A DNA stretch of 64,000 bases, from positions 135,889 through 199,888 of the forward strand of contig LBYD01000002.1 in assembly GCA_000995965.1 (NCBI GenBank), read 5' to 3'. The number at the start of each line of letters is the position of its first letter. The first letter of the stretch is position 1. Of the stretch, positions 47,172 through 56,899 are shown piece by piece. The notes under the pieces were generated by a model, which did no database searches, was not told the origin of the DNA, and worked only from the letters and a program-made list of their open reading frames with translations. The translations under genes were made by a program, and so were the position numbers. This DNA comes from Candidatus Moranbacteria bacterium GW2011_GWC2_40_12 (GTDB lineage: Bacteria; Patescibacteriota; Minisyncoccia; Moranbacterales; UBA11712).

Positions 47172-48998
47172 TCATTCCGCTTTTTCCACTGCTTCCTCTT
47201 TTCTTCTCAAAATCTGCTCGGGGTTTGTTGTCACCAGCTGGTCTTCCGAATAGGAAGCTACAATCTGGATGGCCACGTGTTTCGTGCCGGCGAAAAATAT
47301 TCCTTCCCCCACGCCGCACTCGAGCAGCATAAACTTTTCCTGGTCAGTAAGATAAAAAGTGTCGCCGATCACGTCAATCGCTGCCGGAGACTGCTTGAGG
47401 AGAAGCTGAATTGAGGAATTGGTGACGATCGGCTTGCCGTAGCGCGAGGCTAAAAAGTCAGAAATGTCCTGAGTGATGGTCGTAAGGCCGGCAAAATATT
47501 TCCGGCAGCGCTTGGCGATGGAAAACATGAAAGATCCAGCGTCCTCATGCTGCATCATCACCCAGGCCTCGTCAACGACAATCATCCGTTTTTTGAGCTT
47601 TGAGCGGATTTCATTCCAGATGAAATCCAATACGACATACATTGCCACCGGCCGCAGCTCTTCTTCCATGTCGCGGATATTGAAGACAACCATTTGGTTA
47701 TCGAGACTGACGTTGCTTTGGTTGTTGAGAAAGCCGGAAAAAATTCCTTGGGTGTATTTTTCAAGGCGCGTGGCGAGATCCTCCCCTCCTTCCATGTTCC
47801 GAAGCACATCGTATAAGTCGGACATTGTTGGAATTTGTTCTTTCGGGAATATCCTAAGTTTGCTTTCCAAAGTGATGTCTTTTATGGCATAAGTCTCGCT
47901 GATGGCCCGGTCAAGTATAGAATCCTCTTCCGGCGTTATATTCCCGAGCATGATGTGGAGCAAGCCGAGGAGGCTCGCGATGTTGCTTCGGAGTATATCG
48001 TTCAAATCCTCGTTCTCTCCAATGTCAGGGAGATCAAAAGGATTGAGGTGATAGTTGGAAGTCAAGGAAATGTTTATGAAGCTTCCTCCGATAGCCTCAC
48101 AAAGAAATTGGTATTCATTTTCCGGATCGATGACAATAACATCCGTTCCGAACATAAGGGAGCGGAGAATCTCGAGCTTCACGGCATAACTTTTTCCCGC
48201 GCCTGACTTGGCGAAAATGACCATATTGGCGTTTTCCATTTCAAACCGGTCGAAAAGGACCAAGCTGTTGTTGTGCCGGTTGATTCCATAGAGAATGCCG
48301 CTTGAAGAAGAGAGGTCTGAGGAGACGAAAGGGAAAGTGGTCGAAAGCGGCTGGCTGTTCATGTTGTTCGAAACGTTCAGCTCGTCATTGGCCAGCGGCA
48401 ATGTGGAGGAAAAGCCCTGCTCGGAACGGAAAACGGCTTCTTTGACATAAGTCAGCCTGGACTCCAGGAGGGACTCGATGAACTGGGCGGATTTTTCCGC
48501 CTCAAGCTTGCTTTTCCCGTATATTGTGATATATAGACCGAATCGGAAAAAGCGCTCGGTTCCCTGCTGAAGCTGGTCGCGAAGCTGTTCGATGTCCTGA
48601 AGAGCGGTTTCGAGGGCCGGATCACGGACCTTTCCGGCTTCGGCTTCGAGATGAATTTCCGATTCGACTTGGGTGATCCGGCGCCGCAGGCTCTTCATCA
48701 CGGTGACACTTTCCACCGGATAAATGGACATGGAGATATCCATCGGGATATCGAGGTTGATGATCGGAGAAAACCAGGCCGTGTGGAGAAATCTCGGATA
48801 AGTGGTGACGAAAATTGTTTTAGCGAATGTCTCGCCAACTTGGATGAAATTTGAGCCAATATCAAGTGCCGACGGGGCGATAAGATCGGTGATGGTGGCA
48901 AGCCCTTCGCGGAATATTTTTTCCACGTCGGATCCCTCAACGAAGAGTTCCGCGGGTTTCTTTTTTTCTTCCTTTATATTTTTGAGAAAATCTAGCAT
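47172..48998 (-). CDS. VirB4/TraE-like secretion ATPase
   Basis: Walker A AKSGAGKS, IDPENEY, LNPFD, Walker B VDEAW, RCRKY..TQ; ATG 48998 preferred. Confidence 0.9.
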   Translation of the reverse strand: MLDFLKNIKEEKKKPAELFVEGSDVEKIFREGLATITDLIAPSALDIGSNFIQVGETFAKTIFVTTYPRFLHTAWFSPIINLDIPMDISMSIYPVESVTVMKSLRRRITQVESEIHLEAEAGKVRDPALETALQDIEQLRDQLQQGTERFFRFGLYITIYGKSKLEAEKSAQFIESLLESRLTYVKEAVFRSEQGFSSTLPLANDELNVSNNMNSQPLSTTFPFVSSDLSSSSGILYGINRHNNSLVLFDRFEMENANMVIFAKSGAGKSYAVKLEILRSLMFGTDVIVIDPENEYQFLCEAIGGSFINISLTSNYHLNPFDLPDIGENEDLNDILRSNIASLLGLLHIMLGNITPEEDSILDRAISETYAIKDITLESKLRIFPKEQIPTMSDLYDVLRNMEGGEDLATRLEKYTQGIFSGFLNNQSNVSLDNQMVVFNIRDMEEELRPVAMYVVLDFIWNEIRSKLKKRMIVVDEAWVMMQHEDAGSFMFSIAKRCRKYFAGLTTITQDISDFLASRYGKPIVTNSSIQLLLKQSPAAIDVIGDTFYLTDQEKFMLLECGVGEGIFFAGTKHVAIQIVASYSEDQLVTTNPEQILRRKEEAVEKAE

Positions 48999-49145
48999 GA
49001 AAAATTGAAAATGCAAATGTCAAAAATCAAAATGACAATTAAAAATGTAAAATTAATTTTAGCGTCCGTTAAGGAAAATTTATAATTTAATGTATATTTT
49101 AATTTCGTATTGTCATTTTCCATTTTGATTTTTTAATTTTGAATT
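48998..49145. repeat. Empty family-B hairpin element
   Basis: ...AATGCAAATGTCAAAAATCAAAATGACAATTAAAAATGTAAAATT...TGTCATTTTCCATTTTGATTTTTTAATTTTGAATT. Confidence 0.8.
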
Positions 49146-49839
49146 AAATGCGGTTTATCTCCAATTTCTCCGCTTCTATTTTTTCCGCTGACTCGGTCAC
49201 TTTCGGATTATAAGCGTTGTAGAAAAGCTCGACTAGCTCTTCCGTCTCAAGCGGAGCGATTTTTATTCCGGTTCCGGAAAGTCCGGCGACAATGTGGTCC
49301 ACTCTCTGCCAAAGCTGGCTCCTATAATTCTCAAACTCCATTTCTCGTTCGATTTTGGCTTGCTTTGGATTAAGGGCTATTTTCAGCTTTTCCAAAAAAC
49401 CGTCTTTTTTTCCTTCTGTCAGGGCGAAGGGAACGACAATATAGAAATTTTTGGCCATAATATTCGAGGTGTTGACCAGGTTTTTGATAAAAGCGTGATA
49501 CTCGCTGATTTGGAAACGGAGCAGGTCATTGGGCTGGGTATGCTCTTTCTCCGAGAGCAGTTCGAGATAGGGATTGATATCCAGCTTCCGGGTGCTGATG
49601 AGTATCTGAAGCGGAAAATCGAGAGAATTCAAGAAGCCCTGGTAGGCGGCGACAATCGCCTCCTGCTCCTGCGTGGCTTTCAGGTCAAAATTTATGGAAG
49701 ATACCATCAAGACCGCTCGGAGCGAATTATTCTTGAGAATAACCACTCCGTCTTTGATTTCAGAAATATCAACAAAATCCTGGGTTGATTTCCCGAGAGC
49801 ATCGTTTTTGGTTAAATTTTTGGAATGTAAGCTTTCCAT
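49144..49839 (-). CDS. TraC/VirB4 N-terminal-like protein
   Basis: STQDFVDISEIKDG, SSINFDLK..EQ, FLNSLDFPLQI, ELFYNAYNP; lies between PrgI and the VirB4-like ATPase. Confidence 0.75.
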   Translation of the reverse strand: MESLHSKNLTKNDALGKSTQDFVDISEIKDGVVILKNNSLRAVLMVSSINFDLKATQEQEAIVAAYQGFLNSLDFPLQILISTRKLDINPYLELLSEKEHTQPNDLLRFQISEYHAFIKNLVNTSNIMAKNFYIVVPFALTEGKKDGFLEKLKIALNPKQAKIEREMEFENYRSQLWQRVDHIVAGLSGTGIKIAPLETEELVELFYNAYNPKVTESAEKIEAEKLEINRI

Positions 49840-49844
49840 GATAG

Positions 49845-50287
49845 AAATGTAAAATGTAAATCTCAAAATGGAAAATGATAGTGTAAATTGTCAAAATCAT
49901 TTTTCCTTTAGCGTTATAATGCCCTTAGCTATAATATTTGATATTTCAATTAATTCTTGCAGAAGCCACTCTAGTTCTTTTCGGTCGCCTTTTTCAGTGT
50001 CCCGAAGCAGTGTCAACCAAACTTTTGATTCATTCGAAGATTTCAGAGAATGGGTGAAAAAATTAATGAAATCTTTTTTAGAACTCGCCGAGTTTGCTTC
50101 AATATAGTTCGCTAAAATACTTGTCCCGCTTCTCAGAAGCTGTTTTCCCATGACGCCGCATACAGAATCTTTTGGCAGCTTATCTATGAATTTAATAAGT
50201 CTCAAAACCCAATTATATAATCTCTTTTTGAATTCATTTTTAAACTTTGCCTTGTCATTTTGCATTTTTATTTTTCAATTTTTCATT
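49845..50287. mobile_element. Putative 'full' family-B element: inverted AAAAT-periodic arms enclosing a four-helix-bundle gene
   Basis: Left arm ~49845-49897 and right arm ~50236-50287 match the arms of the gene-less copies at 30513 and 48998. Mobility is inferred. Confidence 0.55.
49897..50265 (-). CDS. Four-helix-bundle protein (23S rRNA IVP/bAvd-like)
   Basis: QLLRSGTSILANYIEA...SKKDF..F...SLKSSNESKVWL. Confidence 0.9.
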   Translation of the reverse strand: MQNDKAKFKNEFKKRLYNWVLRLIKFIDKLPKDSVCGVMGKQLLRSGTSILANYIEANSASSKKDFINFFTHSLKSSNESKVWLTLLRDTEKGDRKELEWLLQELIEISNIIAKGIITLKEK

Positions 50288-50699
50288 TCTTCGTGTCCAG
50301 CACCCACGCGATCCTTTTCAGTTGGCTTTGGCTGGGGATGCGTTTTATCTGCGCCGCGGGAGCGGCCTGTTTTTTCCTGGCCTCGTGGAGAGATTTGGAA
50401 AAGGTCGATTCTTTCGCGTTATACATTCTTCTCCAGACATATTTTTTTGGGCTGGCGAAATACTGGACCATGTATCCGAAAAAAGATAAAAAAGTAATCC
50501 CTTGCGGCCGGTAAAAAGTAAAAGTCCCAAAAATAATAATTACGAAAATGGCAGCGAAAAGGAAAACTTTGCGATCGACGAGGCTATAGAGAATGATGAG
50601 GCAACCAGCCATTCCGCCCATCCACAAAAGCTGCTTCGAGGTGAGCCCGAAAGCAATTTTGTCTTCAATGTCTATGAATTGGGGGACATTTACATGCAT
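50283..50699 (-). CDS. PrgI family protein
   Basis: VPQFIDIEDKIAFGLT.KQL, two TM segments, PKKYVW. Confidence 0.85.
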   Translation of the reverse strand: MHVNVPQFIDIEDKIAFGLTSKQLLWMGGMAGCLIILYSLVDRKVFLFAAIFVIIIFGTFTFYRPQGITFLSFFGYMVQYFASPKKYVWRRMYNAKESTFSKSLHEARKKQAAPAAQIKRIPSQSQLKRIAWVLDTKK

Positions 50700-50706
50700 A
50701 ATATTG

Positions 50707-50809
50707 ACTCACGAATGAAGAGCGAATTAGAAACGAATTAGAGCGAATATTTTTCCATGCTAGCAAGTTCGTTCACATTCGCTTTCCATTCGTTCTTTAA
50801 TTCGCGAGT
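50707..50809. repeat. Empty family-A hairpin element
   Basis: ACTCACGAAT + (G/A)CGAAT units...ATTCG units + ATTCGCGAGT. Confidence 0.85.
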
Positions 50810-50813
50810 TATT

Positions 50814-52271
50814 TTATTCATCTCCGCTCAAATCAACGATATTCCCCTCAACCCTTGGTTCCGGCTTTTCTTCCCTTTGAGGTCCATAATGGGGATAAAA
50901 GATATTTTTTGGACGGCTGGGAGCGTAGGGCTTTAGAGGCTCGGTAGGAGCTAAAGCTTGATTTTGAGGAACCCCGACGTTACGTCGGGGGGGAGAAGTC
51001 GAACCTTGATTAGCAGGTTGAACCTTGGACGATACAGGAGGAACCGAACCTTGATTATCCCTTGAAATCCCCTCCGAAAATCCCTTGAGTTTCACGGGCG
51101 CTTCGCCAGCCACTTCGTGGCTTTCCGGCGCCGGAAAGGGATTTACAAACTGTATCGCTTTGCGAGAATTGGGAATATTTTTTTGAATTGGCCGGGGCAA
51201 AGTTGGCGGTTTTGCTGGAGCAGCGGACCTGTCCGCCGCATTTCCCGCAGGGCGGGATACGGGTGGATAAGGCCTGATGAAGCTGTTTTCAACTGGTTTA
51301 AGGGGAGATGTTGGCCTTGGCACAACTTTCGGGTATGCCCTAATGAATGATTCTTGCGCATGACTTTGGCTTGGGATCGAAGTTCTGCGTTCTGCGTTCT
51401 GCGTTCCTAGATTCTCAAACACCACCTCATTGTTCTCCGTGTCAATCGGAAGCGGCGTGTTTTCGTCAAAGGACTTCAGTATTATACCCAATTTATCCCG
51501 TTCTGACGAGGACAAGTTCTTCGCGTTTTCCGACCGGAAAAGATAATTTGTCCTTTGTATTGAATCGTGAGCCCCTTGCCCGAGAATGGAAGTATAATCA
51601 TAAAGCCAGTTTTTGATCGAAGGCCGGACGGGACGGTCGAAACTTTTGATTTTCAACGGCGACGAGGTAATTCCCTGCTCGCCGATTTTGGGATATTGCT
51701 GGATAGCTTGTTTGATTGTGTATTTTTCCAACTTTTTCGTAGAGGTGGCAGCTTTTTTTCCGAGTGCCGGAAGCATTTCTGCTTTTATTTCTTGCAATGA
51801 TTGGGAAAGATACATCGGAAATTTCATGATATATTCAACTGCTGTGTCATCCAAGTCCACAATCGGTTCGATCAGGAAATAGTCGTAAAGGCGGAAAATC
51901 CGCATAAGCCTGATTTGATCTTTTTCGTTCAATCTTTGAATCTCCGGATTGTTCATTGAATATTCAAGAAAAGTATTTGGCTCCCGGGGAGTCCTCCGTT
52001 GCTTGTCCAGGTATCTCTTGAGCCAAACGTTCACCGGCATTCCTCCAATGTTTTGAGTATTTTTCTTCAAATAGAAATTCAGAAGCCTGATCAAAGATTC
52101 TCTCGCGGAATAATCAACACTGATGAATTTATTCATAACTTCCCACTCCAAATATGTCGGGTCTTCGACTTCAAGAGTCTCCAAAAGATGTCCTTGAAGC
52201 AACAGGCCGCACTCCTGATCGGAAAGTCTCGAAAAATTAGCTAAAGTTTTTTCCATCTTTTCATTGGGCAT
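50814..52271 (-). CDS. Hypothetical protein with Pro-rich low-complexity C-terminus
   Basis: 485-aa ORF in operon orientation; PSIKNWLYDY, C-terminal GNIVDL. Confidence 0.7.
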   Translation of the reverse strand: MPNEKMEKTLANFSRLSDQECGLLLQGHLLETLEVEDPTYLEWEVMNKFISVDYSARESLIRLLNFYLKKNTQNIGGMPVNVWLKRYLDKQRRTPREPNTFLEYSMNNPEIQRLNEKDQIRLMRIFRLYDYFLIEPIVDLDDTAVEYIMKFPMYLSQSLQEIKAEMLPALGKKAATSTKKLEKYTIKQAIQQYPKIGEQGITSSPLKIKSFDRPVRPSIKNWLYDYTSILGQGAHDSIQRTNYLFRSENAKNLSSSERDKLGIILKSFDENTPLPIDTENNEVVFENLGTQNAERRTSIPSQSHAQESFIRAYPKVVPRPTSPLKPVENSFIRPYPPVSRPAGNAADRSAAPAKPPTLPRPIQKNIPNSRKAIQFVNPFPAPESHEVAGEAPVKLKGFSEGISRDNQGSVPPVSSKVQPANQGSTSPPRRNVGVPQNQALAPTEPLKPYAPSRPKNIFYPHYGPQREEKPEPRVEGNIVDLSGDE

Positions 52272-52297
52272 TTATTCTGGCTTCAACAATAAAATAT

Positions 52298-54457
52298 TTA
52301 ATAATCCATATCATATTCATCCTTGAGTTCTCGATTGCCTTTCCCCTGCCCTTTGCCGCCAGCTTTAGTTTGTTTTTCCTTGTAGACATCAGTAATGAGA
52401 CTCACAAAATGTTCTCTCCCCTGCCCTCTCAAAATTTCAGCGGCATCCATGTTCTTAGTGGGGAAATCAGGTCGGCAACGATTCAGATGCAAGCCATTTG
52501 CATTTTCAATCACATCCATTACTTTTGGTCCGACTAAGCCATTCATGTTTACGGGATTACCTTTCGCGTCAACTTCCAAAGTCGCTTCGGGGTGAATGTT
52601 TATCATCAGGTGCTGTATATTGGCGTTCTTGAGTTTTCCTGCAACATCCTCTGCTTGTTCCCATTCCTCTGTCAATCTCAATGTGCCATCGGCATTTCTT
52701 CTTGTCATTCCATATAAATGATAATCTCCTTTCCCCCAAGCTTGGTCGCTGAATTTTTCCATCTCTTCAAGAGCTGCTTGTTCGTCCATTCCGCTGTTTA
52801 TGAAAAGATCATACATGGCCTTTTTCGCGTTTTCTGAAGACATATGTATGCCAAGCCCCTGTTTAAGCCATTCGTTCCAGTTTCTTCCGTCCTCTAGGAT
52901 TTGAGAATAGGCAACAAGCATTTCTTGGGATTCGCTGTCAGTTCTGCCTTGCAGAGCTTTGATGCCTGCGACGCAAATCTTGTCCGTAGTGCCCATAACT
53001 TCCAATTCTTTTTTACGTCTTGCGATATTTTCCGCGCGCCTCTTCTTTGGATAATAACCAGCCGGCTTCTGGCCTTTTTTGAAGGTTTGACTCAATGTTT
53101 CTTGTGCATCCGCTTGCGCGTCTCCGTATATTTTTTCGTCAATTTCTTTTTTCCTGGTGTCCCAAGCTTGTTTCAAGGCTTTTGGACTAAGAGGTATCTT
53201 CTTCCCTCCGATTGTGATCGATTTCTGCGCCAATTTTCTGTCAGCTGCTTCCCAACCCTTCTTCGCCCCCCATTTCGTTCCCTTCCAGCCTTTTTGCGGG
53301 AAGAATGACATAGCCTTGTTTGCCCGGCTGGTGATGGCGCCGGCGAAAGCAACGCCAAATTTTTGGGAAATGATGAGGCCGGCATAGAGGAAAACAAGGA
53401 CGACGAAATAAGGAACGATAGACACCACAACAAAAGCAAACACGGGATCTGCATTGCTGGATCTTTGGGCTTCCAGTGTCTTGAAAAGGGATGAATCTAG
53501 CAAAAATGTGGAAAGCCAGAGAAAGAAAGCAATGGCCGGGCCGACATAGGAATATTTGAAAAGGGCGTCCCACCAGTCGGAGGACATTTTTTTGAAATCA
53601 GGAATGGCGTTGAACAAGAAAGCGAAAGGAGAGACGATTATCAAGAGCCACAAGGCGATGATACGAATGAGGAGATAGATGGCCATTACAAAAAGAGCGG
53701 TTCCAAACATAAACAAAAAAACAATCGTAAAGAGATATTTCACGGCCAGAGAAAGCCAGCCTTGTCCGTATGAAATAGTGAGCTGCTCGTTGCTCCAGAT
53801 CGTTTTCGCAATCTTTGAAGTATTGGCAATCGTGGTTGCATATGAAGAGCCTCCGCCTGACAGTTTGTTCAGAAAAAAATTCATGAGAAGCTGGGAGCCG
53901 TCGAAAATGAAGATGGCGATGGGCTTGGAAAAATTGACGAGAAGGGCCATCAGGATGAAGGTGAGAAGGATTTTCTTGGCATGATATCTTTCAATTTGGA
54001 GAATAGTGCAAAAAGCGATGAAGAGAAGGATGAGGAGAAAAAAAAGATTGCAGACGTCCCGCACGGCTATCCAACCGGTAGTGATCATTGATTCTCCCGT
54101 GAAATTATACAGGCTGGGGCTGAGCATCGACTCCAAAAAATAGGCGGCAATATTAACGAACAAATAGCAAAAAGACGCGATAATCCATAATACGGCGATA
54201 ATTGGGGCAAAAAAAGCAGTTCCAAGGAAATTCGCAACTTTTTCCCATACCCTTTTTTCTATGTTGGATAACGGGGTGTTGACTTGTGGATCCAGGTCTG
54301 TTCCTTGCGCCAGGCACAATTTTGAAAAGGAAAAAAACATCGTTGAGACTACGATGACAAAGAATAGGAGAAATAATATATTTTTAGAAGTCAGAATGTT
54401 AGCAAATTTTTTTTTGATGATTTTTGACATCAACTGTATATTTCTATTATTCTTCAT
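52298..54457 (-). CDS. VirB6/TrbL-like polytopic membrane protein
   Basis: GWIAVRDVCN, ALLVNFS, LIRIIALW...SPFAF...WW; soluble C-terminal tail. Confidence 0.7.
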   Translation of the reverse strand: MKNNRNIQLMSKIIKKKFANILTSKNILFLLFFVIVVSTMFFSFSKLCLAQGTDLDPQVNTPLSNIEKRVWEKVANFLGTAFFAPIIAVLWIIASFCYLFVNIAAYFLESMLSPSLYNFTGESMITTGWIAVRDVCNLFFLLILLFIAFCTILQIERYHAKKILLTFILMALLVNFSKPIAIFIFDGSQLLMNFFLNKLSGGGSSYATTIANTSKIAKTIWSNEQLTISYGQGWLSLAVKYLFTIVFLFMFGTALFVMAIYLLIRIIALWLLIIVSPFAFLFNAIPDFKKMSSDWWDALFKYSYVGPAIAFFLWLSTFLLDSSLFKTLEAQRSSNADPVFAFVVVSIVPYFVVLVFLYAGLIISQKFGVAFAGAITSRANKAMSFFPQKGWKGTKWGAKKGWEAADRKLAQKSITIGGKKIPLSPKALKQAWDTRKKEIDEKIYGDAQADAQETLSQTFKKGQKPAGYYPKKRRAENIARRKKELEVMGTTDKICVAGIKALQGRTDSESQEMLVAYSQILEDGRNWNEWLKQGLGIHMSSENAKKAMYDLFINSGMDEQAALEEMEKFSDQAWGKGDYHLYGMTRRNADGTLRLTEEWEQAEDVAGKLKNANIQHLMINIHPEATLEVDAKGNPVNMNGLVGPKVMDVIENANGLHLNRCRPDFPTKNMDAAEILRGQGREHFVSLITDVYKEKQTKAGGKGQGKGNRELKDEYDMDY

Positions 54458-55466
54458 TGAAATAAATGGACTCCCTCATTCCCGATTGGATGTCGCTTTG
54501 GGTCTGGTTGATGCTCGTTCCGACTTTGTTTCGGACATCCGTGATGGATTTGTCAATCGGATCGGTCACTTGGCGGATGCCGTTGCTGATGAGGTTGGTG
54601 AGGGTCTGGGCCACCATGTTGGCGACCACTTCGGGGATAGATCGGGCAAATTCAGTCATTTTCACGCCCATGAGAGAAATTTCTGACGTGATATCTTTCA
54701 TAATCGAACCGGGGAGAGAAGTAAGCCCGTCTTCGGAAACCGATGCGGAGTCTTCCCCTTCCGTTCCGTATCCCCCTGGGCCGTATTTTCCGGCGGCATA
54801 TGAGGAGCTTGAAGATTTTTTCTCTGTTCCGGTGAATCCTTCAAAGGCGATGGCCTTTGTCTCACGAATCTTTTCTTGCGATTCACGGGAAATTTTATCC
54901 AGGGCGGCCGCTCGAAGGAAAAAAGAAGCTTCGGCATTCTGGGGAGCGAAGGCCATTCGGCCAGCCTGCCAGGAACTGGTTGATTTTGTTGGGTCAAATA
55001 TGAAGGCTGCTTTTCCTTCGCTGACATAATTCTGAAGGTCGGATTTTTGTGTTATGGCATCGGCACCCATTGCTTTTTCCGCGTTGTTCACCACCCTCTC
55101 CATTCCTGAGCTGATGCCGCTTCGCATGCCGTTGAAAAAAGTATTGACGGTGTTATCGGCTGTTCTTTGCGCCGAGCCGAATATATAATCCTGCCAGTCG
55201 GTGATGAATCCCGATGAGCCGCCGATGCAATAGGCGCCGCAGGATCCGGTGAGAAGCACTTGGAGCCTTCCCTGGATGACGCGGATAGCCATGATTTTGA
55301 GATTAGCGACCATTGTTTTCTCAATCGTGTCGAGCATATTGGTGAGATTCACTCCTTCGATGGCGGCGGCCAAATTTGTCCCCCAGGCCTCAGCCGAAGC
55401 TCGCTTTGGCGCGAATAAGAAAAGAGTTGAAATAATTAGCAATGTAACAAGGGCTTTCTTTGGCAT
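54447..55466 (-). CDS. Exported hypothetical protein of the T4SS-like cluster
   Basis: Signal peptide ending in ASA; FITDWQDY, LPGS motifs. Confidence 0.65.
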   Translation of the reverse strand: MPKKALVTLLIISTLFLFAPKRASAEAWGTNLAAAIEGVNLTNMLDTIEKTMVANLKIMAIRVIQGRLQVLLTGSCGAYCIGGSSGFITDWQDYIFGSAQRTADNTVNTFFNGMRSGISSGMERVVNNAEKAMGADAITQKSDLQNYVSEGKAAFIFDPTKSTSSWQAGRMAFAPQNAEASFFLRAAALDKISRESQEKIRETKAIAFEGFTGTEKKSSSSSYAAGKYGPGGYGTEGEDSASVSEDGLTSLPGSIMKDITSEISLMGVKMTEFARSIPEVVANMVAQTLTNLISNGIRQVTDPIDKSITDVRNKVGTSINQTQSDIQSGMRESIYFNEE

Positions 55467-55505
55467 TTTTTTATTTTAGTTTATAAATGGCCTAAAACAA
55501 TTCTC

Positions 55506-56612
55506 CTAGGGGAAATTTATAAGGCTGATTCCATACTGTTCGGCGACTGATTGCATCTCCTGGCCGAGTTTCATGGCCGCATCCCCCACCGCTCGGATTG
55601 AACTGAAAGCAGCCAGGCTTTTCAAGGGGTCATTGGGATCAACAACAGCCTTGTCTTTGAGGTCGAGAGTATATATCGCGAGTTGCAATGCCGACTTGTG
55701 AAGGTCTTCGAGGACATAAGGCACCTCAATTTTTTTGATTTGATCGATTCCGGCGCGGGCTTTTTGGGCGTATTCGTCCACTTTGGCCTTGTTACCGCTG
55801 GTGAGGGCCGTGAGCAAATTTCCCTGCTCTTTTTCAAGACTCGAGACGAGATTTTCCGGCTCATCAATTGAAAAAGGAGAGTTTGAGGCAAAGACAAAAG
55901 CCAGAGACACCAGGTATTTTTCAATTTCTTTTTTCTGCTCCTCCTTCACTTCCTCGGGCTCGAGCCCCTTTTCATCAACGGGCGGCAGAAGCTTGATTTC
56001 ATCTTCCCGAATGGCAGGCAGTTCTTTGGTGATATCAGTAGATCGAAGGGCGTTTTGGGCGACCAATGAAAGGTCATCGGCAGAAAAATTCGGGTTGCTG
56101 GCAAAATCTTCGGAACTCCCGGCTTTGTCTTTGGTCAGGCTCATCAGCTGCCCGATCATCTCATTGGTCAGATTCGGATTTTCAGGGTCAGAGGACAAAT
56201 CGCCCAAAGTGTCATTGGTCAGATTCTGGCTGTTGAGGTCCACAAGGCTGGTTGAGCCGGAAATATTTCTGGGGTCGGAAGCCGTTGACGCCGCAGCTGG
56301 ATTTTGGGTAGCGGCAAGGTCGGCTCCAGCCACGATCTGGTCTCCCGGCGCGGCCTTCAGGGGATTATAGCCGCTTGCCACTTCTTTTCCGTCGGAATAT
56401 CCGTCTTTGTCACTGTCCGCTTTCAGGGGGTCGGTGCCGATCATTCTTTCCTCCTGGTCTGTCAGTCCATCCTGGTCGGAGTCGAGAAAAAGAGAATTTG
56501 CGTTCTTGTTTTCGGCGACGGCAAAAAGCGTCCAGAAAAACACGGTGAAAGTGGCGATTCCCGTTCCGATGATTTTTATCTTATTCACTTTTTTTGCTTC
56601 GCTTGAAAGCAT
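55506..56612 (-). CDS. Membrane-anchored protein with thrombospondin type-3-like DxDxDG repeats
   Basis: DSDQDGLTDQEE..GTDP..ADSDKDGYSDG.E. Confidence 0.75.
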   Translation of the reverse strand: MLSSEAKKVNKIKIIGTGIATFTVFFWTLFAVAENKNANSLFLDSDQDGLTDQEERMIGTDPLKADSDKDGYSDGKEVASGYNPLKAAPGDQIVAGADLAATQNPAAASTASDPRNISGSTSLVDLNSQNLTNDTLGDLSSDPENPNLTNEMIGQLMSLTKDKAGSSEDFASNPNFSADDLSLVAQNALRSTDITKELPAIREDEIKLLPPVDEKGLEPEEVKEEQKKEIEKYLVSLAFVFASNSPFSIDEPENLVSSLEKEQGNLLTALTSGNKAKVDEYAQKARAGIDQIKKIEVPYVLEDLHKSALQLAIYTLDLKDKAVVDPNDPLKSLAAFSSIRAVGDAAMKLGQEMQSVAEQYGISLINFP

Positions 56613-56899
56613 GTTTTTGTTTTGGTTAATTTCTTTTTATGTCCCTGGCAAAATTCCCCCGCTAATCTTTTCCCATGAGGAAATGCTAACGGGTTTGATA
56701 TGGAAAAATTATACCATATTTTTTTATTGTCAACAAAGGAAAATATTGATAAATGGCAATCTCTATGCTAGTTTGTGGATAAGTCAGAAAGAAACGTCAA
56801 AAAAAGAATAGAAAATATGCTGAACAAAAGCTAAAATTTCAATGTTTTTGCCTTTTTGCTGCTATTTTGCGCTTTTCGATTCCAGTGTGTAATTTTTTT

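Noticed and set aside
49897-50265. Diversity-generating retroelement (Avd-like gene)
   Set aside because: No reverse transcriptase and no template/variable repeat pair seen in the window
56708-56733. Minus-strand TTGACA...TATAAT promoter for the T4SS-like cluster
   Set aside because: Spacer is only 14 bp; at best an extended -10, so not listed as a feature
56774-56782. Perfect DnaA box as a second origin
   Set aside because: Single isolated box with no cluster; could be regulatory or chance
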